64,000 nt of DNA from a virus: the IMG/VR virus record IMGVR_UViG_3300020183_000013, positions 73,576 to 137,575 of that record. One strand, 5' to 3'. The position numbers were made by a program, and so were the translations under genes. The notes beneath the pieces were generated by a model that searched no databases, had not been told where the DNA came from, and was given only the letters and a program-made list of their open reading frames with translations. Position 1 is the stretch's first letter, and each line of letters starts with the position of its first letter. Positions 18,301 to 29,200 of this stretch are shown piece by piece.

Positions 18301-21300
18301 AACTGGAGAAAAACTAACTTATACCTCACCATCTTCAAATGTAACAAATGCTATTGGAATTGCATCAACATCTTTTGCTGGAATTGGAACCACTTCCCTT
18401 CTTCCATCTACAGTTTATGCTATTAAAGTTGATGAGGCAAAGATTAAACTTGCTCGATCCGCACAAGATGCTTTATCTGAAGTAGCAATACCACTTAATT
18501 TCACAAGTGTTGGAATAGGAAGTAAGCATACACTCACTTCATCCAATCAAAACTCTAGGGTATTAATTAGTATTGATAATTTCATTCAATCACCTATAGT
18601 ATCAACAGCAGTTACTACAAGTTTGGCATCAACTATTACAAGTTTTGATGCTAGATTGAATTTTGTTGGAATTACTTCATTCTATGGTGGTGATTTAATC
18701 AAGATTGGTAATGAAATAATGAAAATCAACACCGTTGGTTTTGGTTCTACAACAGTTGTGTTGGTTGATAGACCTTGGATGGGAACTGTATCCGCAGCAC
18801 ACTCATCTGGATCTTTGATCACAAAAGTTAATGGTAATTACAATATTGTTAATAATAAGATTTATTTTGTAGACGCACCTGAAGGAAACACTCCAATAGG
18901 TTCTACAACAAATTCACCAAACGAGAGAGATTGGACTGGAATAACGACAAGTTCTAAATTCCATGGAAGATCCTTCATAAGGTCTGGAACTATAAATTCG
19001 ACGGTTGATACTTATTCAACTAACTACATTTTTGATGATATTTCTCATCAATTTATCGGAACAGTAGATGATTTTGATCTGAAGGTAAACTCACAAAATG
19101 TTACTGGAATTGCTACAGGTAACGCTATTGTTCTGATAAATGGAGTATTCCAAGAACCACAAGGTGATCAAATAGCAACCAAAGACTATATTATTCAGGA
19201 AACTGCAGGAATTACTAGTATTACATTTACAGGTTCTCCCGCATCCGTCCTTTCGGATCCAAACAGTGCTAGTGTACCTATCGGAGGTGTTATCATCGCT
19301 GTAGGGTCTACAGGAGGTCTTGGATATCAACCTCTAGTATCTGCAGGAGCTACTGCAATAATATCTGGATTGGGTACTATCAGTTCCTTCGGAATTGGTA
19401 CTATTGGTTCTGGATACAGAGGTTCATCATCATACGAAATTGAAACTGTAGTAAACCATCCGATCGGAATTGGAAGCACTGTACTTTACATTGCAAACCA
19501 AAATGGAGTTTTTGGAAAACTTAATTTCTCAACATCAAATTCAATTAGTGTCGGAGACATTAAGGCTGCAAACATTGTAAGTATTGGAGACACCTTTGTA
19601 AGAATTAATGTAGCATCTTCTTCTACTGTAGGAGTTGGAACTTCCAATACCGCAGTTGTACGATTAAATTCCCCAACATCTGGTATTGTAAACATTGGCG
19701 TTCAAACTTCATATGGCAATAGAAATTATGAGACGTTTATTGGATTTACCACGGTAACAAATGGGCACATTTCAACTAATATTGTAATTACAAATCCAGG
19801 AACAGGATTCACATCATCTCAACCTCCTATTGTTCTTATTGATTCACCATTACCTTATTCAAATATTCCACTAGTTTATAGTTCATCTTCACCTGGAAAT
19901 GGAATTGGATCTGAAGCTAAGGTTGATATTATTGTAGGTCAGGGTTCTAGTGTAATTAATTTTGAAATTACAAATACTGGTTATGCATATGGAAATACAG
20001 AACTTCTTACTGTTCCCGTTGGTGGATTAACAGGAATTCCTACAAATCCAAACATTCCTTTCTCAGAATTTAGATTGAACATAGAAAGAGTTTTCTATGA
20101 TGAGTTTGCTGGTTGGAACGTTGGTCAACTTCAAGTATTAGATAGTTTTGAAAGATTCTTTGATGGAACCAGAAAAGTGTTCCAGTTGAGATTAAATAAC
20201 AGTCCAGTTACCATAAGAGCTAAAAAAGGATCTAATATTAGCGTAAGAGACACATTACTCATCTTTATTAATGATATTTTACAGGTTCCTGGTGAATCTT
20301 ATCAATTCAATGGAGGTAGTTTTATTACCTTTACTGAGGCTCCAAAAGGACCTGTTGAAAATATTCCAAATTCTGGTGACAAGTGTAAGGTAGTTTTCTA
20401 TAGAGGAACATCGCAGGTTGACGTTGTTGACGTTGATATAGTTGAAACTATAAAAGAAGGTGATGATTTAACTATTGTTAAAAATAAAAATACCTGTGCA
20501 AATTCCACAACTCAGGAGGAAAGAGTAGTAACTCTTGTTGAATCTACAGATTCTGTTTACACTACTCCATATAATGGTGTTGGAATATCAAATGATCCAA
20601 ACTGCTTAAGACCAGTTACTTGGTGTAAGCAAACTAGTGATTTAATTATTAATGGAAAGATAGTAAGTAAAGCAAGATCTTTATACGAACCTCTTGTAAA
20701 TCCAACCACAAATATCATTCAATCAGTTGGTTCAGCATCAACTCAAATATTTGTAGAGAGTGTAAAAACTTTCTTTGATCCAAATAATGAAGTTCCAGGA
20801 AACGTTAAACAAAAGACTATAGAACTTATATCACAAGAAGATTTGGTTGGAGCTGCTGCAACTGCTTCAGTTTCTATTGCTGGAACTATAACTAACATTT
20901 ATATTTCGAATGGTGGTGTAGGATATAGCACATCTCCAGATGTTGTTATTTCTTCACCAATAGGAATTGGAACTACAGCAATCGTAACCTCAGTTATAAG
21001 TGGAGGATCAGTAACCTCAATTTCTATTGTTAATGCTGGAACGGGTTATTCTTCAATTGATCCCCCATCAATTTTAATTGCTCCACCAACCATAAAACTA
21101 GAAAAGAATGTTGTTTCAAGTTATGAAGGTGATTTTGGTGTTATAGTTGGTGTAACAACAACATCTGTAGGAGTTGCTTCAACTGGATTAGTTTTTGATC
21201 TGTTCATACCTTTAAATTCTTATATTAGAAATTCCACAGTGACTGGATCAGGATCTACAAATATCAGTGGAATACAGACTGGATTCTACTTTACAGTTCA

Positions 21301-21664
21301 TAACTCCAATGTAGGAAGTGGATTCACCTCTCTATATCAAAATGGTTCCGTTCTTGGAATTGGAACTCAATGCTTAGATAATGTTTATGAGGTTGCCGCA
21401 TCATCAATTGAGCAGAGAAACATCCAGGGAATAGGTTTAACAAATGTTAGAAGGGTCACTGTTAGTGTCTCATCTTTTGATTCCTTTGTCGGTTCATCTC
21501 TAACAAGTTTTTATGGAGAATATTCCTGGGGTAGAATCAACCTTGGTTCAAGATCTGATACCTTGGAATTTAATGCATATACCACAAATGGTTCTACTGG
21601 AATAAGTACATCTGCAATTGTTAGAAGAGTATTCCCGCTCAAGTCTTCTGATTATAACTCATAA
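9365..21664 (+). CDS. gp7: Giant baseplate wedge initiator (gp7-like) structural protein, 4099 aa
   Basis: Lies between gp6 and gp8; N-terminal QLPSFVRED..FLTQYY and FYTSKGT..SFELLFRALYGE; HSPIIGWAYDGNPIYGPYG domain; many beta-repeat domains. Confidence 0.8.
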   Translation: MTENRVKVSSVVKNQLPSFVREDFPLVAEFLTQYYKSQEYQGAPKDLLENIDRYLKIDNLTNLVEETTLTQDISFFETDIRIDPTTIKGFPETNGLVKIDDEIILYSALSKSNPTFEYPDTLSGCSRGFSGVTSYEDSQKTDKLIFSQSEAQEHTLGTKVINLNVLFLKEFLKKVKKQFIPGFEDRLSSEINQNVFIKQSNDFYTSKGTDQSFELLFRALYGEDVQVIKPRDFLIKPSSAGYRVSLDLVTELVEGDPYQLLNQTLYQNEYSQYNIPKAYGSISKVEKVSFSEESYYKISLDYDYAKDINLRGSVFGTFSVHPKTTLTLETSIGSTFIDVDSTVGFPVSGTLIIRNSQGVEETVTYADKTNTQFLGVQGLSIAFEAGSPVTLDVYCFGYSKEDSSEVKLRVRSVLSDLKIEGDTYYFSPNEKIRIKSLGIISDDSKKNEWILNIPNRYESVRITSFIRRDEGRNEYIYNLRTPNENSINVGDRVTLTSNTIRGVTGTVIGIVDSNTFTTSFGQSLNQTIDYTLRKTISKAFSLKYPNISNYTTNVQNTYLNFKDEILVSSSSIPSYYSGIDPVSINAFNKSFVLQDGIYSEDTTLNLSTSNPNLSDHELYTGDSVYYSGPENQTFLGLNSGIYFVKRVDNTSIKLARSRSNLYEGEFVTFTGSISGNKLDYIDFYNKSLYPQNILREIKDPVDFGGGHETKPGSVGILVNGVEILNYKSQDSIFYGKLESIDVTSPGSNYDVINPPVLEISDPTGVGATGTCSVIGSLKRIDLKDPGFDYISKPVITITGGNGTGALAEVTLKDVEHNVFFNALSGINTNNNTIGFTTYHKFRNSERVIYNNYGQTAVSGLVTNSDYYVSVVDFNTIKLHSNQDDAIVGLNTISLSPGAGVQELKSYSSKKIIAGIEVINSGSGYCTKKRSIVGVNTAIDQININRHGYSSGEKVTYYSEGTSIEGLVPSTTYFVDVVDFNNFKLCEVGVGNTSEYFYYDSKKYVNLRSSGLGTQFFKYPEITVTVSGNIGITTLFNQDLSIFEAKIQPVFRGELESIDVVESGSSYGSSEIINFVKQPNFILKSGKNAELQPVVSNGSIVDVLVLSGGSEYNSPPDLVIRGDGYGAKLTPIISNGEIISVKIIRGGNNYTPGTSISVIPAGQGCNLNANIQKWTINVVEKNIHNIGADDGFLEVSSNKKEQLQYYHLYAPRKLRESVYSRSIDNLKVDTDIIKNNAGVEISSKNHSPIIGWAYDGNPIYGPYGYTEKSGGTVKLLTSGYVATLKANRPPEYVDGKLSYPLGFFIEDHDYIGNSDLDEHNGRFCVTPDYPNGTYAYFASIESLPSVGGVFNNYRKPKFPYLIGDSFKSKPNKFNFSAFSNQNSIDLNETDWFRNTSFLRTSYYDYIFNPNNFKNHNSTIISTSVGTIESVGILTGGVNYKVNNSVIFDNLNSGGVNANATVERVSGKTVSNISVGTTFITDVQLLPSRGGEIIAFTEYPHNLNNDNLTRISGINTSTSDIYGSYNIGVSSSFYILTQELANSATTGITTYIFVDGNISFPYLREDDILTIESEKVKVLNIDLAQSRIRVNREYNGTTGAAHTATTVIYNDSRTFTFTHNIKGQNNFEIDRKLYFNPIETVGLGTIAGVGIGTTLSFSNPGVGVTQKFIPTRTLYLPNHQLKTGDLLIYSSGNGSPISISTNGISTSSLTNLQTVYAAKFSDDLIGISTVKVYLNSSGNFVGVASTSNSILYFTGIGTGVYHSFTTVKNNVLKCLVSKNTVTVSTASTHNLNLKDNVKIDVNPSIGSTIIVKYDDYNRRILINPKSFLSSDIDLTENSIYLQNHDFKNGDKVVYTANSPSGGLENNRIYYVFSFTKDKIKLCEDRHKVFSENPIFVDITSATDGTLSPINPPIKLYKNSSVKFDLSDSSLSVVRNLQRYPAFEFNIFKDSEFNFLFDSSVQSNNFEVIRSTGRVGIDESASVTIRIKNTTPTTLYYDLTPLDNSITRNSDKFEKIIDKEVVNNNQITLLNSGYSGSYSVSGITSTTFSYDIQNVPEKSSYTTSEAFITYDTSSLTESGSITKIKVNNRGINYKVLPGISTVSTQNGSGAILEPQSRSIGKIISTKIDDIGFNYPTDFTLKPIVNVPEILKMEQLTSFEKIDVLTYGKNYLVPPRIIVLDGFRKNVVNDVILRFDFRSKELKIEKNTFGISNVDPIFIPVNNSNGVGIGSISFNPSTKNVTVKMGVGFSTDNTFPFEVGDRVLIENIGITTLGKGYNSSQYNYQLFTLTEVDQNIGGIGSVTYNLSDFLSDGEYPGIFDSEITSGRIIPEKDFPTFKAILKKNNFIIGEEVETTNGYNGVIESWNSNIELLKVSSDSDFKIGETVTGKTSNTQGIIRSKIDFDAYVNLDSSSLVSSGWEYETGILNNSTQRVHDNEYYQDFSYSLKSKVSYDVWDSAVDSLNHTSGFLKFSDLIVESSPSVSGSPIIAQNATETLVDIVEEVDTNCTFNFDLVTETSFSIASETLSNQILFNNKTLMDYSESIGNRVLLIDDISPQFNSTPRPTNFSVVGYSSVDSHYRKYFVHIRDKVFSKERQLMLISVLHDGSNIFSNQYAKVNTYRDLGSFDFKISGLDLQFLYYPIDFEVNDYNVSHVSYGLEDAFSGIGTVSLGDSVNIVTDSIEIQSGITTTVVGIASTYRSSKILVLVNDVDNNVYQSNELSVLFDGTDVNLLEYGQLSNDNLTSFGSPGIGTYVVYYDALSSLINVDFVPRVGLGASLIANTICVSISNTSSVGVGTTVLQTGDLNSTVTSIASTTAPVQVQISQFQSPHESSYCIVSIEDLTNNQYRMSEVVSITDDDNAYFVEYGIIETGSGIGTIGIGTTTSNKVNLYFTPNANTETQVRVFQNSLSLQDDEIELALIDLNNGEIESGYGEYTGIEKSVRKDFNLTHKGNQIFERTFVGSSSTTVDVATNTILIPNHFFVTGEKLTYTSPSSNVTNAIGIASTSFAGIGTTSLLPSTVYAIKVDEAKIKLARSAQDALSEVAIPLNFTSVGIGSKHTLTSSNQNSRVLISIDNFIQSPIVSTAVTTSLASTITSFDARLNFVGITSFYGGDLIKIGNEIMKINTVGFGSTTVVLVDRPWMGTVSAAHSSGSLITKVNGNYNIVNNKIYFVDAPEGNTPIGSTTNSPNERDWTGITTSSKFHGRSFIRSGTINSTVDTYSTNYIFDDISHQFIGTVDDFDLKVNSQNVTGIATGNAIVLINGVFQEPQGDQIATKDYIIQETAGITSITFTGSPASVLSDPNSASVPIGGVIIAVGSTGGLGYQPLVSAGATAIISGLGTISSFGIGTIGSGYRGSSSYEIETVVNHPIGIGSTVLYIANQNGVFGKLNFSTSNSISVGDIKAANIVSIGDTFVRINVASSSTVGVGTSNTAVVRLNSPTSGIVNIGVQTSYGNRNYETFIGFTTVTNGHISTNIVITNPGTGFTSSQPPIVLIDSPLPYSNIPLVYSSSSPGNGIGSEAKVDIIVGQGSSVINFEITNTGYAYGNTELLTVPVGGLTGIPTNPNIPFSEFRLNIERVFYDEFAGWNVGQLQVLDSFERFFDGTRKVFQLRLNNSPVTIRAKKGSNISVRDTLLIFINDILQVPGESYQFNGGSFITFTEAPKGPVENIPNSGDKCKVVFYRGTSQVDVVDVDIVETIKEGDDLTIVKNKNTCANSTTQEERVVTLVESTDSVYTTPYNGVGISNDPNCLRPVTWCKQTSDLIINGKIVSKARSLYEPLVNPTTNIIQSVGSASTQIFVESVKTFFDPNNEVPGNVKQKTIELISQEDLVGAAATASVSIAGTITNIYISNGGVGYSTSPDVVISSPIGIGTTAIVTSVISGGSVTSISIVNAGTGYSSIDPPSILIAPPTIKLEKNVVSSYEGDFGVIVGVTTTSVGVASTGLVFDLFIPLNSYIRNSTVTGSGSTNISGIQTGFYFTVHNSNVGSGFTSLYQNGSVLGIGTQCLDNVYEVAASSIEQRNIQGIGLTNVRRVTVSVSSFDSFVGSSLTSFYGEYSWGRINLGSRSDTLEFNAYTTNGSTGISTSAIVRRVFPLKSSDYNS

Positions 21665-21683
21665 ATAAAGAAAAAAACAAAAA

Positions 21684-23243
21684 ATGTCCGCTATAATCAC
21701 TGACCAAATTCGTATATTAAATGCTAAAAATTTTGTAACTGGAGTTGGATCAGTTTCTAACTCCTACTATACTTTTATTGGACTTCCAAATCCAACTGAT
21801 ATTGATACAGAATGGAATGTGACGCCTCCATCTCCAATTGATAATGTTAATCAATTGAACGAATATTGGGACACTATGATTGGATTGAAAAGAGTAACTG
21901 GAGGAGATGTTACTCAAGTAGTTAGAAAAAATGTTTGGACTTCTGGACAAACATATAGTATGTACAGACACGATATCAGTGCGTTGGATCCAAACCCAAC
22001 TGATAATGAAACAAATCTGTATAATAGTAACTATTATGTTCTGAATAGTGATTATAGAGTTTATGTTTGCATTCATAATGGAGCATCCCCAGAAAACAAT
22101 TTTGAGGGAAATCCATCTCTAGATGAACCAATTTTTACTGATCTAGAACCAAGATCTGCTGGTTCTAGTGGTGATGGTTATTTGTGGAAATACTTGTACA
22201 CTATTAAACCTAGTGATCTGATTAAATTTGAATCCACAAATTATGTGCCTGTTCCCAAAGATTGGGAAACAAATAATTTATATGCAACAGTAAGAGATAA
22301 TGCATCAACTAGTGGACAACTCAAGGCAGTTATCATTCAGAATAGAGGAGTTGGTTTAGGAACAGCAAACGTATATACAAACGTTCCAATCAATGGTGAT
22401 GGAAATGGTGCCACCGCTACAGTTGTAATTAATAATGAGGAAAAGGTAGAGTCTGTTACCATATCCAATGGAGGATCTGGATATACCTTTGGAACTCTAG
22501 ACTTAGCATCTGGCAATGTTCCAACTGGTTCAACATCTCCCGTTTTCAATATAATTATTCCTCCTTCAGGAGGTCACGGAAAAGATGTTTATAAAGAACT
22601 TGGTGCTTATAATGTTCTGATCTATTCAAGAATTTCCAATAATACTCAGAATCCAGATTTTATAACTGGTAATGAAGTTGCTAGAATTGGAATTATAGAA
22701 AATCCAAAGTCTTATGGAAGTACAGAAGAACTTTTGAGTAGTGATCAGGCAAGTGCTGTTTATGCTTTAAGATTATCTGGTATTGGATATAGTTTTGCTA
22801 ATTTTATTGCAGACACTGAAATAACTCAAACTATTGGACTTGGTTCTACTGCTGTTGGTAGAGTAATTTCATATGATCAGTCTACAGGAGTATTGAAGTA
22901 TTGGCAAGATAGGAATCTTGCTGGATTTAACACAAATGGGACAAGAAACACTACTCCAAAATATGGATTTAAACTTCATAGATTTACTGCAACTCCAGGA
23001 ACCGGAGGTTCTCTAACAATAGTTGGGGGAGATACAAGTGGATTATCCATTACAACTTCTTATACTGGCTTCACAACGGTAATAAATAATAGGACATATA
23101 ATCTTGGGCAGTCTTTTGACAAGGGTGTATCAAATCCAGAGGTTCAAAAGTACACTGGAAACATAATTTATGTAGATAACAGACCTGCCATAACTAGATC
23201 ATCAAATCAAAAAGAAGATATTAAAGTCATTTTGCAATTCTAA
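21684..23243 (+). CDS. gp8: Baseplate wedge subunit gp8
   Basis: MSAIITDQIRILNA, YRVYVCI.NG, DGYLWKYLYTI, C-terminal QKEDIKVILQF. Confidence 0.9.
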   Translation: MSAIITDQIRILNAKNFVTGVGSVSNSYYTFIGLPNPTDIDTEWNVTPPSPIDNVNQLNEYWDTMIGLKRVTGGDVTQVVRKNVWTSGQTYSMYRHDISALDPNPTDNETNLYNSNYYVLNSDYRVYVCIHNGASPENNFEGNPSLDEPIFTDLEPRSAGSSGDGYLWKYLYTIKPSDLIKFESTNYVPVPKDWETNNLYATVRDNASTSGQLKAVIIQNRGVGLGTANVYTNVPINGDGNGATATVVINNEEKVESVTISNGGSGYTFGTLDLASGNVPTGSTSPVFNIIIPPSGGHGKDVYKELGAYNVLIYSRISNNTQNPDFITGNEVARIGIIENPKSYGSTEELLSSDQASAVYALRLSGIGYSFANFIADTEITQTIGLGSTAVGRVISYDQSTGVLKYWQDRNLAGFNTNGTRNTTPKYGFKLHRFTATPGTGGSLTIVGGDTSGLSITTSYTGFTTVINNRTYNLGQSFDKGVSNPEVQKYTGNIIYVDNRPAITRSSNQKEDIKVILQF

Positions 23244-23249
23244 AGAATT

Positions 23250-26200
23250 ATGCCTCAACAAACTAATCTTAACGTCTCTCCATATTTTGATGACTTTCAT
23301 CAACCAGATATTGGAGGAAAAGACAAGGGTTACTATAAGGTTTTATTCAAGCCAGGGTATCCTATTCAGGCAAGAGAATTAACGACTTTACAATCTTTAA
23401 TTCAAAATCAAATTGAAAGATTTGGTGACCATATTTTTAAAGAAGGTGCCAAGGTAATTCCTGGTCAAACAACTTATATTGGCCAGTACAATGCCGTAGA
23501 AATCAATAATACATTTTTGGGGACTGAAGTATCTTCTTATATCTCATATTTAGTTGGAAAGAGAGTTCGTGGAGAGACATCTGGAGTAAGAGCTCAAGTA
23601 GAAAACTATTTGATTTCTGTAGATTCTGAAAGAGGAAATGCAACTCTGTATGTAAGTTATCTGAATTCTGGAACATCAGATAATGCAGTTTCATCTTTTG
23701 TAGATGGTGAAAATTTAATTCTTGAGGAGACTATTTCTCTCTCAAATATAATTTTACTAGAAAATGAACCCTTTGCGTCTACAATCCCTACTAATTCAAC
23801 ATCACTAGGATCTGCCTTTAAAGTTTCTGAAGGTGTTTATTACCTTAGAGGTTATTTTGTTGCTGTTGATACACAAACTATCATACTAGATCAGTATACC
23901 AATAAACCTGATTATAGAATTGGTTTTACTGTTTTAGAAGAAATTGTAACATCTGATGTAGATGAATATCTAACTGATAATGCACAGGGATTTAATAACT
24001 ATGCAGCGCCTGGAGCAGATAGACTAAAAATAACAGCTGTATTAGACAAGAAAGGTTTAGACGAATTAAACGTAGATAATTTTATAGAAATTGCTCAGAT
24101 TCAAAGAGGTGTCGTTAGGAATGTACCTAATGATACTCAATATAACCTTATTAACGATAAGTTTGCAAAGAGAACTTTTGAAGAATCTGGTGATTATTAT
24201 GTTCAAAGATTTGATGTTACCTGCACAGAGTCGTTAGATGATGGTCTTGGAAATAATGGAATTTATAAAGAAGGATCTTTAACGTATCAAGGAAATGTAC
24301 CTTCGGAAGATCTTTTAGTATATAAAGTATCCCCAGGAAAAGCATATATTAGGGGATATGAAGTTGAAGTTCAAGCTCCAACATTTTTAGATGCTCCAAA
24401 ACCAAGAACTAAAAAGAGTTCAGGAACTCAATCTTTACAATATTCAACTGGACCAACTTTAAAGTTAAACAAAGTTTTTGGTGGTCCAACTATTGGTGTC
24501 GGAAATACTTATTTTGTAGAATTGAGAAGTGATAGAATAGGAGTTGATTCATCAGTAGGTGCTGGTGATACCATTGGAATCGCAAGAGTTTTTGATTATG
24601 CGTTGGAAAGTGGATCTTATAATGCTTCAAACTTAGCATTAAATGAGTGGGAAATTTCTCTATATGATATCCAATCATTCACAAAAGTCACTCTGAATGA
24701 GCCAATCACCTTAAGCGTTCCAACTTATGTTGAAGGAAAGGCAAGTGGCGCTGTTGGTTATCTATATCAGAATGTATCAAACTCAAAATCTTTAAATCTA
24801 TACAATGTTAATGGTGAATTTTTCGATAATGAGAGTTTTAGATTCAATGGAATAGAAAAATCTCATATTTCTGTTGCAACTACTTCTTATGGACTGAAAG
24901 ACGTTAGATCAATTCGTGGTGTAAACTCATCAGGAAAAGTTTTTAGCGGTGACTGCATCCCATCAGATTTTCTTGTTGTTGGTATTGCATCTATTAGTGC
25001 AGCAACTCCAGCAGGAATCAGTACAGTTACAATTCCAAGTCTAAATTATGTCAATAGTTTCCAAGTCGGAAATTATGTAAAATTTACAAATACTAGCAAT
25101 ACGAGAGGATTACCCAACTTTGCAAAAGTTGATAGTATAATTAGCGATACTCAAGCAACTAAATTAACTATTTCTGGAATAACAACTGTAACAGGAGTAT
25201 GTGAAGGATTTCCTCCAACATCAAATATATCCGTTTCAGATTTTACTCTGATTGGAACAAAATTAGATGCTTCATCTGATAATACTTTATTTACAGCACT
25301 ATCAAATCAAAATGTTTCTAACGTTGATTTAACAGAGTCAAATCTGGTAATTAGAAAAAATCAAACTGTCAATATTACAAGTAATTCTACTGATATTTTA
25401 ACTGCAGGAACAAATGAAACATTCTTACCTTTTGATGAGGAAAGATATTCTTTAGTTAGATCAGATGGTATTATTGAACCACTTGGAGCAGAAAAATTTG
25501 AAAGATCTGCAGATGGAAAGACTATTAAATTCTATAATTTATCAGTTGCATCAGATACGGGGGCTAATTTAATTACTACTCTGAAGAAAATAAATGTAAC
25601 TTCAAAAATTAAGAGAAAAAATAGAGTTAATACTTTAATTGTAAGCAAATCAAATTTAAGTTCTTCTGGAATTGGAACTACAACCAGAAATGATGGTCTT
25701 GATTATGGGGCAGGATTATATCCATACGGAACAAGAGTTCAAGACAAAGAGATCTGTTTGAACGTTCCAGATATTATTGGTGTTTATGGTATCTTTGAAT
25801 CATATGATACTTCTGACCCATCTGCGCCTAGGGTTGTTCTTTCATCCCTAACAACACCTTCCACAAAGAATACAGAACTCATTATTGGAGAAAAATTTGT
25901 CGGACAAACAAGCGGTGCTCAAGCTATTTGTGCCGAAAAAATTACAGGAAGTGACAATGAAATATCTTTTATTTACCTGAACGATCTTTCATTTATCCCA
26001 GATGAAGTAGTTAAATTTGAAGAATCTGGTTATGGTGGTGTAGTATCATCTATTAATATCTCCAGCAAAAATATAACAAAATCATATACATTTGATAATG
26101 GTCAAAAAGAAACATTCTATGATTATGGAAAAATTATCAGAACTGAAGATTCTTTAGAACCACAAAAGAAAATTAAGGTATATTTTGAAAATGCATATTT

Positions 26201-29200
26201 TGATACTCAAGACACTGGTGATATCACTACAGCAAATTCATACGAACTGTTTGATTATCGCACAGAAGTTCCATACTTTAACGGAATCAGAAGCACTGAT
26301 ATTCTTGATATAAGACCAAGAGTTTCTGATTATACGGTTTCCTCTGGAGCAAGATCACCATTTGAGTTTAATGGTAGAGTATTTACACAAACAGGTAATA
26401 GCTCGACAAATATCCTTGCTTCTGACGAAGATATTACTTTATCTTATGATTATTATCTACCAAGAATAGATAGAATTTTCCTATCACGAGATGGTAAATT
26501 TAGTATTCAACAAGGAATTCCTGACGATATTCCAAATTCTCCCCAATCGGTTGATGAATCATTAGAAATTGCAAAGATTGCACTTCCACCATTCTTATAC
26601 GAGACTAAAAAAGCAACTGTTACATCTTTCTCGTATAAGAGATATCAAATGTCTGATATCGCAAAACTTGAGACCAGAATTAAAAATCTTGAGTATTACT
26701 CAACTCTTTCTTTACTAGAAACTGATACCTCTAACTTGTTTATTTCTGATGCAAATGGGTTAAATAGATTTAAATCTGGATTCTTTGTTGACAATTTTTC
26801 ATCTCTTGCAACTCAAGAAACGAGAATAGGAATTAGAAATTCTATTGATCCTTTCAGAGGAGAGTTGAGACCTTCTCACTATACAAATGCTATTGATCTT
26901 TTAATTGGAACTAAAGGTACAGTAGGTTTAGGTGTTACTTCAAACGAAGATTTTGTAAATCTTAGAAAAGAAGATATCCAAGGAACTAATATAACAAAAG
27001 TTGGAGATATTATTTGTTTAGATTATTCTGAAGTTGAATGGTTGAATCAACCATATGCAACTAGAGTCGAAAACGTAACTCCATATATTATTTCTTTCTG
27101 GGAAGGAACAATTGAATTAAATCCATCTTCAGATATTTGGATTGATACTGTAAGAATTGAACCAAAGACGATTCAAATTGAAGGTGACTACTTAGCTACA
27201 CTAAACCAACTTTCTCAGACAGCGGGAGTAAACCCACAAACAGGTATTGGACCTGTAATTTGGGGATCTTGGACTACTCTTGGTTTTGGAACCCCACGTT
27301 GGGTTGATGCGCGGCCCGCTTCTCAAGGAGGAACTCCAGAATCAATAGCAACACTTGCTAGATTTGGTGGTTGGGGTCCAGGTGTTGGACCTGGAGGAAC
27401 TTTGTTAGGTCCAAAACAGTGGATTGGTGCTAGCGATGAATTTAATCGAAATGGAACAATACCTACTGGGGGACTATATGTTCAAGTTGTTGATGCAATC
27501 AGACAGAGAGTTGGAACACAAACTATAGTAAGAGAAGTTTTTGAATCAAAATCTCTTGGTGATGCTGTGGTTTCTGTTGATCTCATTCCATATATGAGAT
27601 CGAGAAATGTTCAATTTACCGCAAAGAGATTTAGACCAAATTCTCGTGTTTATGCATTCTTTGATGGTAGAGACGTAAACGATCTTTGTTTCTCCAAACT
27701 TCTACAAATTACAATGTCATCTGGAACTTTCCAGATTGGAGAAACTGTAGTTGCATATCCTGCTAATGTAAATCTAAACACACAACCATCTACTAATTCT
27801 GAGATTAGATTTAGAGTAGCAAAATCAAATCACAAGTACGGCCCCTTTAATGATCCATCTGACATATACACAACAAATCCATACAATACAAATCAAACAA
27901 TACCTGCGACATATTCTTCAACTTCAACAATTTTAAACATTGATACCGCTTCTCTAGCAACACAATCACAAGGTCAATACTTTGGAATTGTAAAGACTGG
28001 ATATAACTTAAAAGGTCTCATTAGTGGTGCAACAGCAACAGTTGTAAATACTCAACTAGTGACTGATAATATTGGAACAATTATTGGATCTTTCTTCATT
28101 CCAAATCCAAATGTTACATCAAATCCAAAATTTGATGTAGGACTGAAAACCTTCAAACTTACAAGTATTGCAAACAATAATCCAATACCAGGAGAAGCAC
28201 TCAGTAGTGGTGAAGAGAAGTTCTTATCTACAGGAACTGTCCAGACTGTACAAGAAAAAATTGTTTCAGTAAGAAATGCTAGAGTTGAAACAACCACAAC
28301 AACTCAAACTGAGACTTCAGGAGCATTTACTGGTCTATACATTGACCCACTAGCGCAATCATTTGCTTGTGATGATGTAACTGGTGTTTTCTTAACCAAA
28401 GTAGATGTTTACTTTAAAACAAAAGATTCCCAGTTACCAGTAACTTGTCAAATTAGAACTGTGGAGTTAGGAACTCCAACAAGAACAGTTCTGCCATTCA
28501 GTGAAGTTGTTTTAGAACCTGACAAAGTTAATCTATCTAATGATGGTTCTGTTGCAACAACATTCACCTTTGAGTCTCCCGTTTACTTGGAAGGAAGGCA
28601 AGAATATGCAATTGTTCTTCTTTCAAACTCAACTTCATATACTGTTTGGATTTCTAGACTTGGAGAAGTTGATATTAGGACTGCTAGCGGTCCAGAATCA
28701 TCTCAAGTAATTGTATCAACGCAACCTACTCTTGGATCACTATTTAAATCACAAAACGCATCTACCTGGACTCCAAGCCAGTTTGAAGATCTGAAGTTTA
28801 AACTATACAGAGCTGAATTTGTAACTACTCCAGGAACAGTTAATTTCTATAATCCAATTCTAAATGAAGGAAATGCACAAATTCCTACATTAACTAGAAA
28901 TCCACTAGATTTAATTTCTTGTAAGGTTAGAGTCGGATTGGGATCTACTATTCAAGACTCCAGTTTAACTATTGGAAATAGAATTTTACAACCAAGCACT
29001 AATGCTACTGGTGTTTATGTCGGTGCCGTTGGTCTTGCCACCAATCTTTCTATTATCAATGCAGGTGTTGGATATACTCCAGCAACTGATGGAATAACTT
29101 ATACCAATGCTTCTCTAACATCTGTAACTGGTAGTGGAAGAAACGCTACGGCCAATATTACCATTGTAAATGGTGTTGCGGTTGCAGCAACTATAAACAG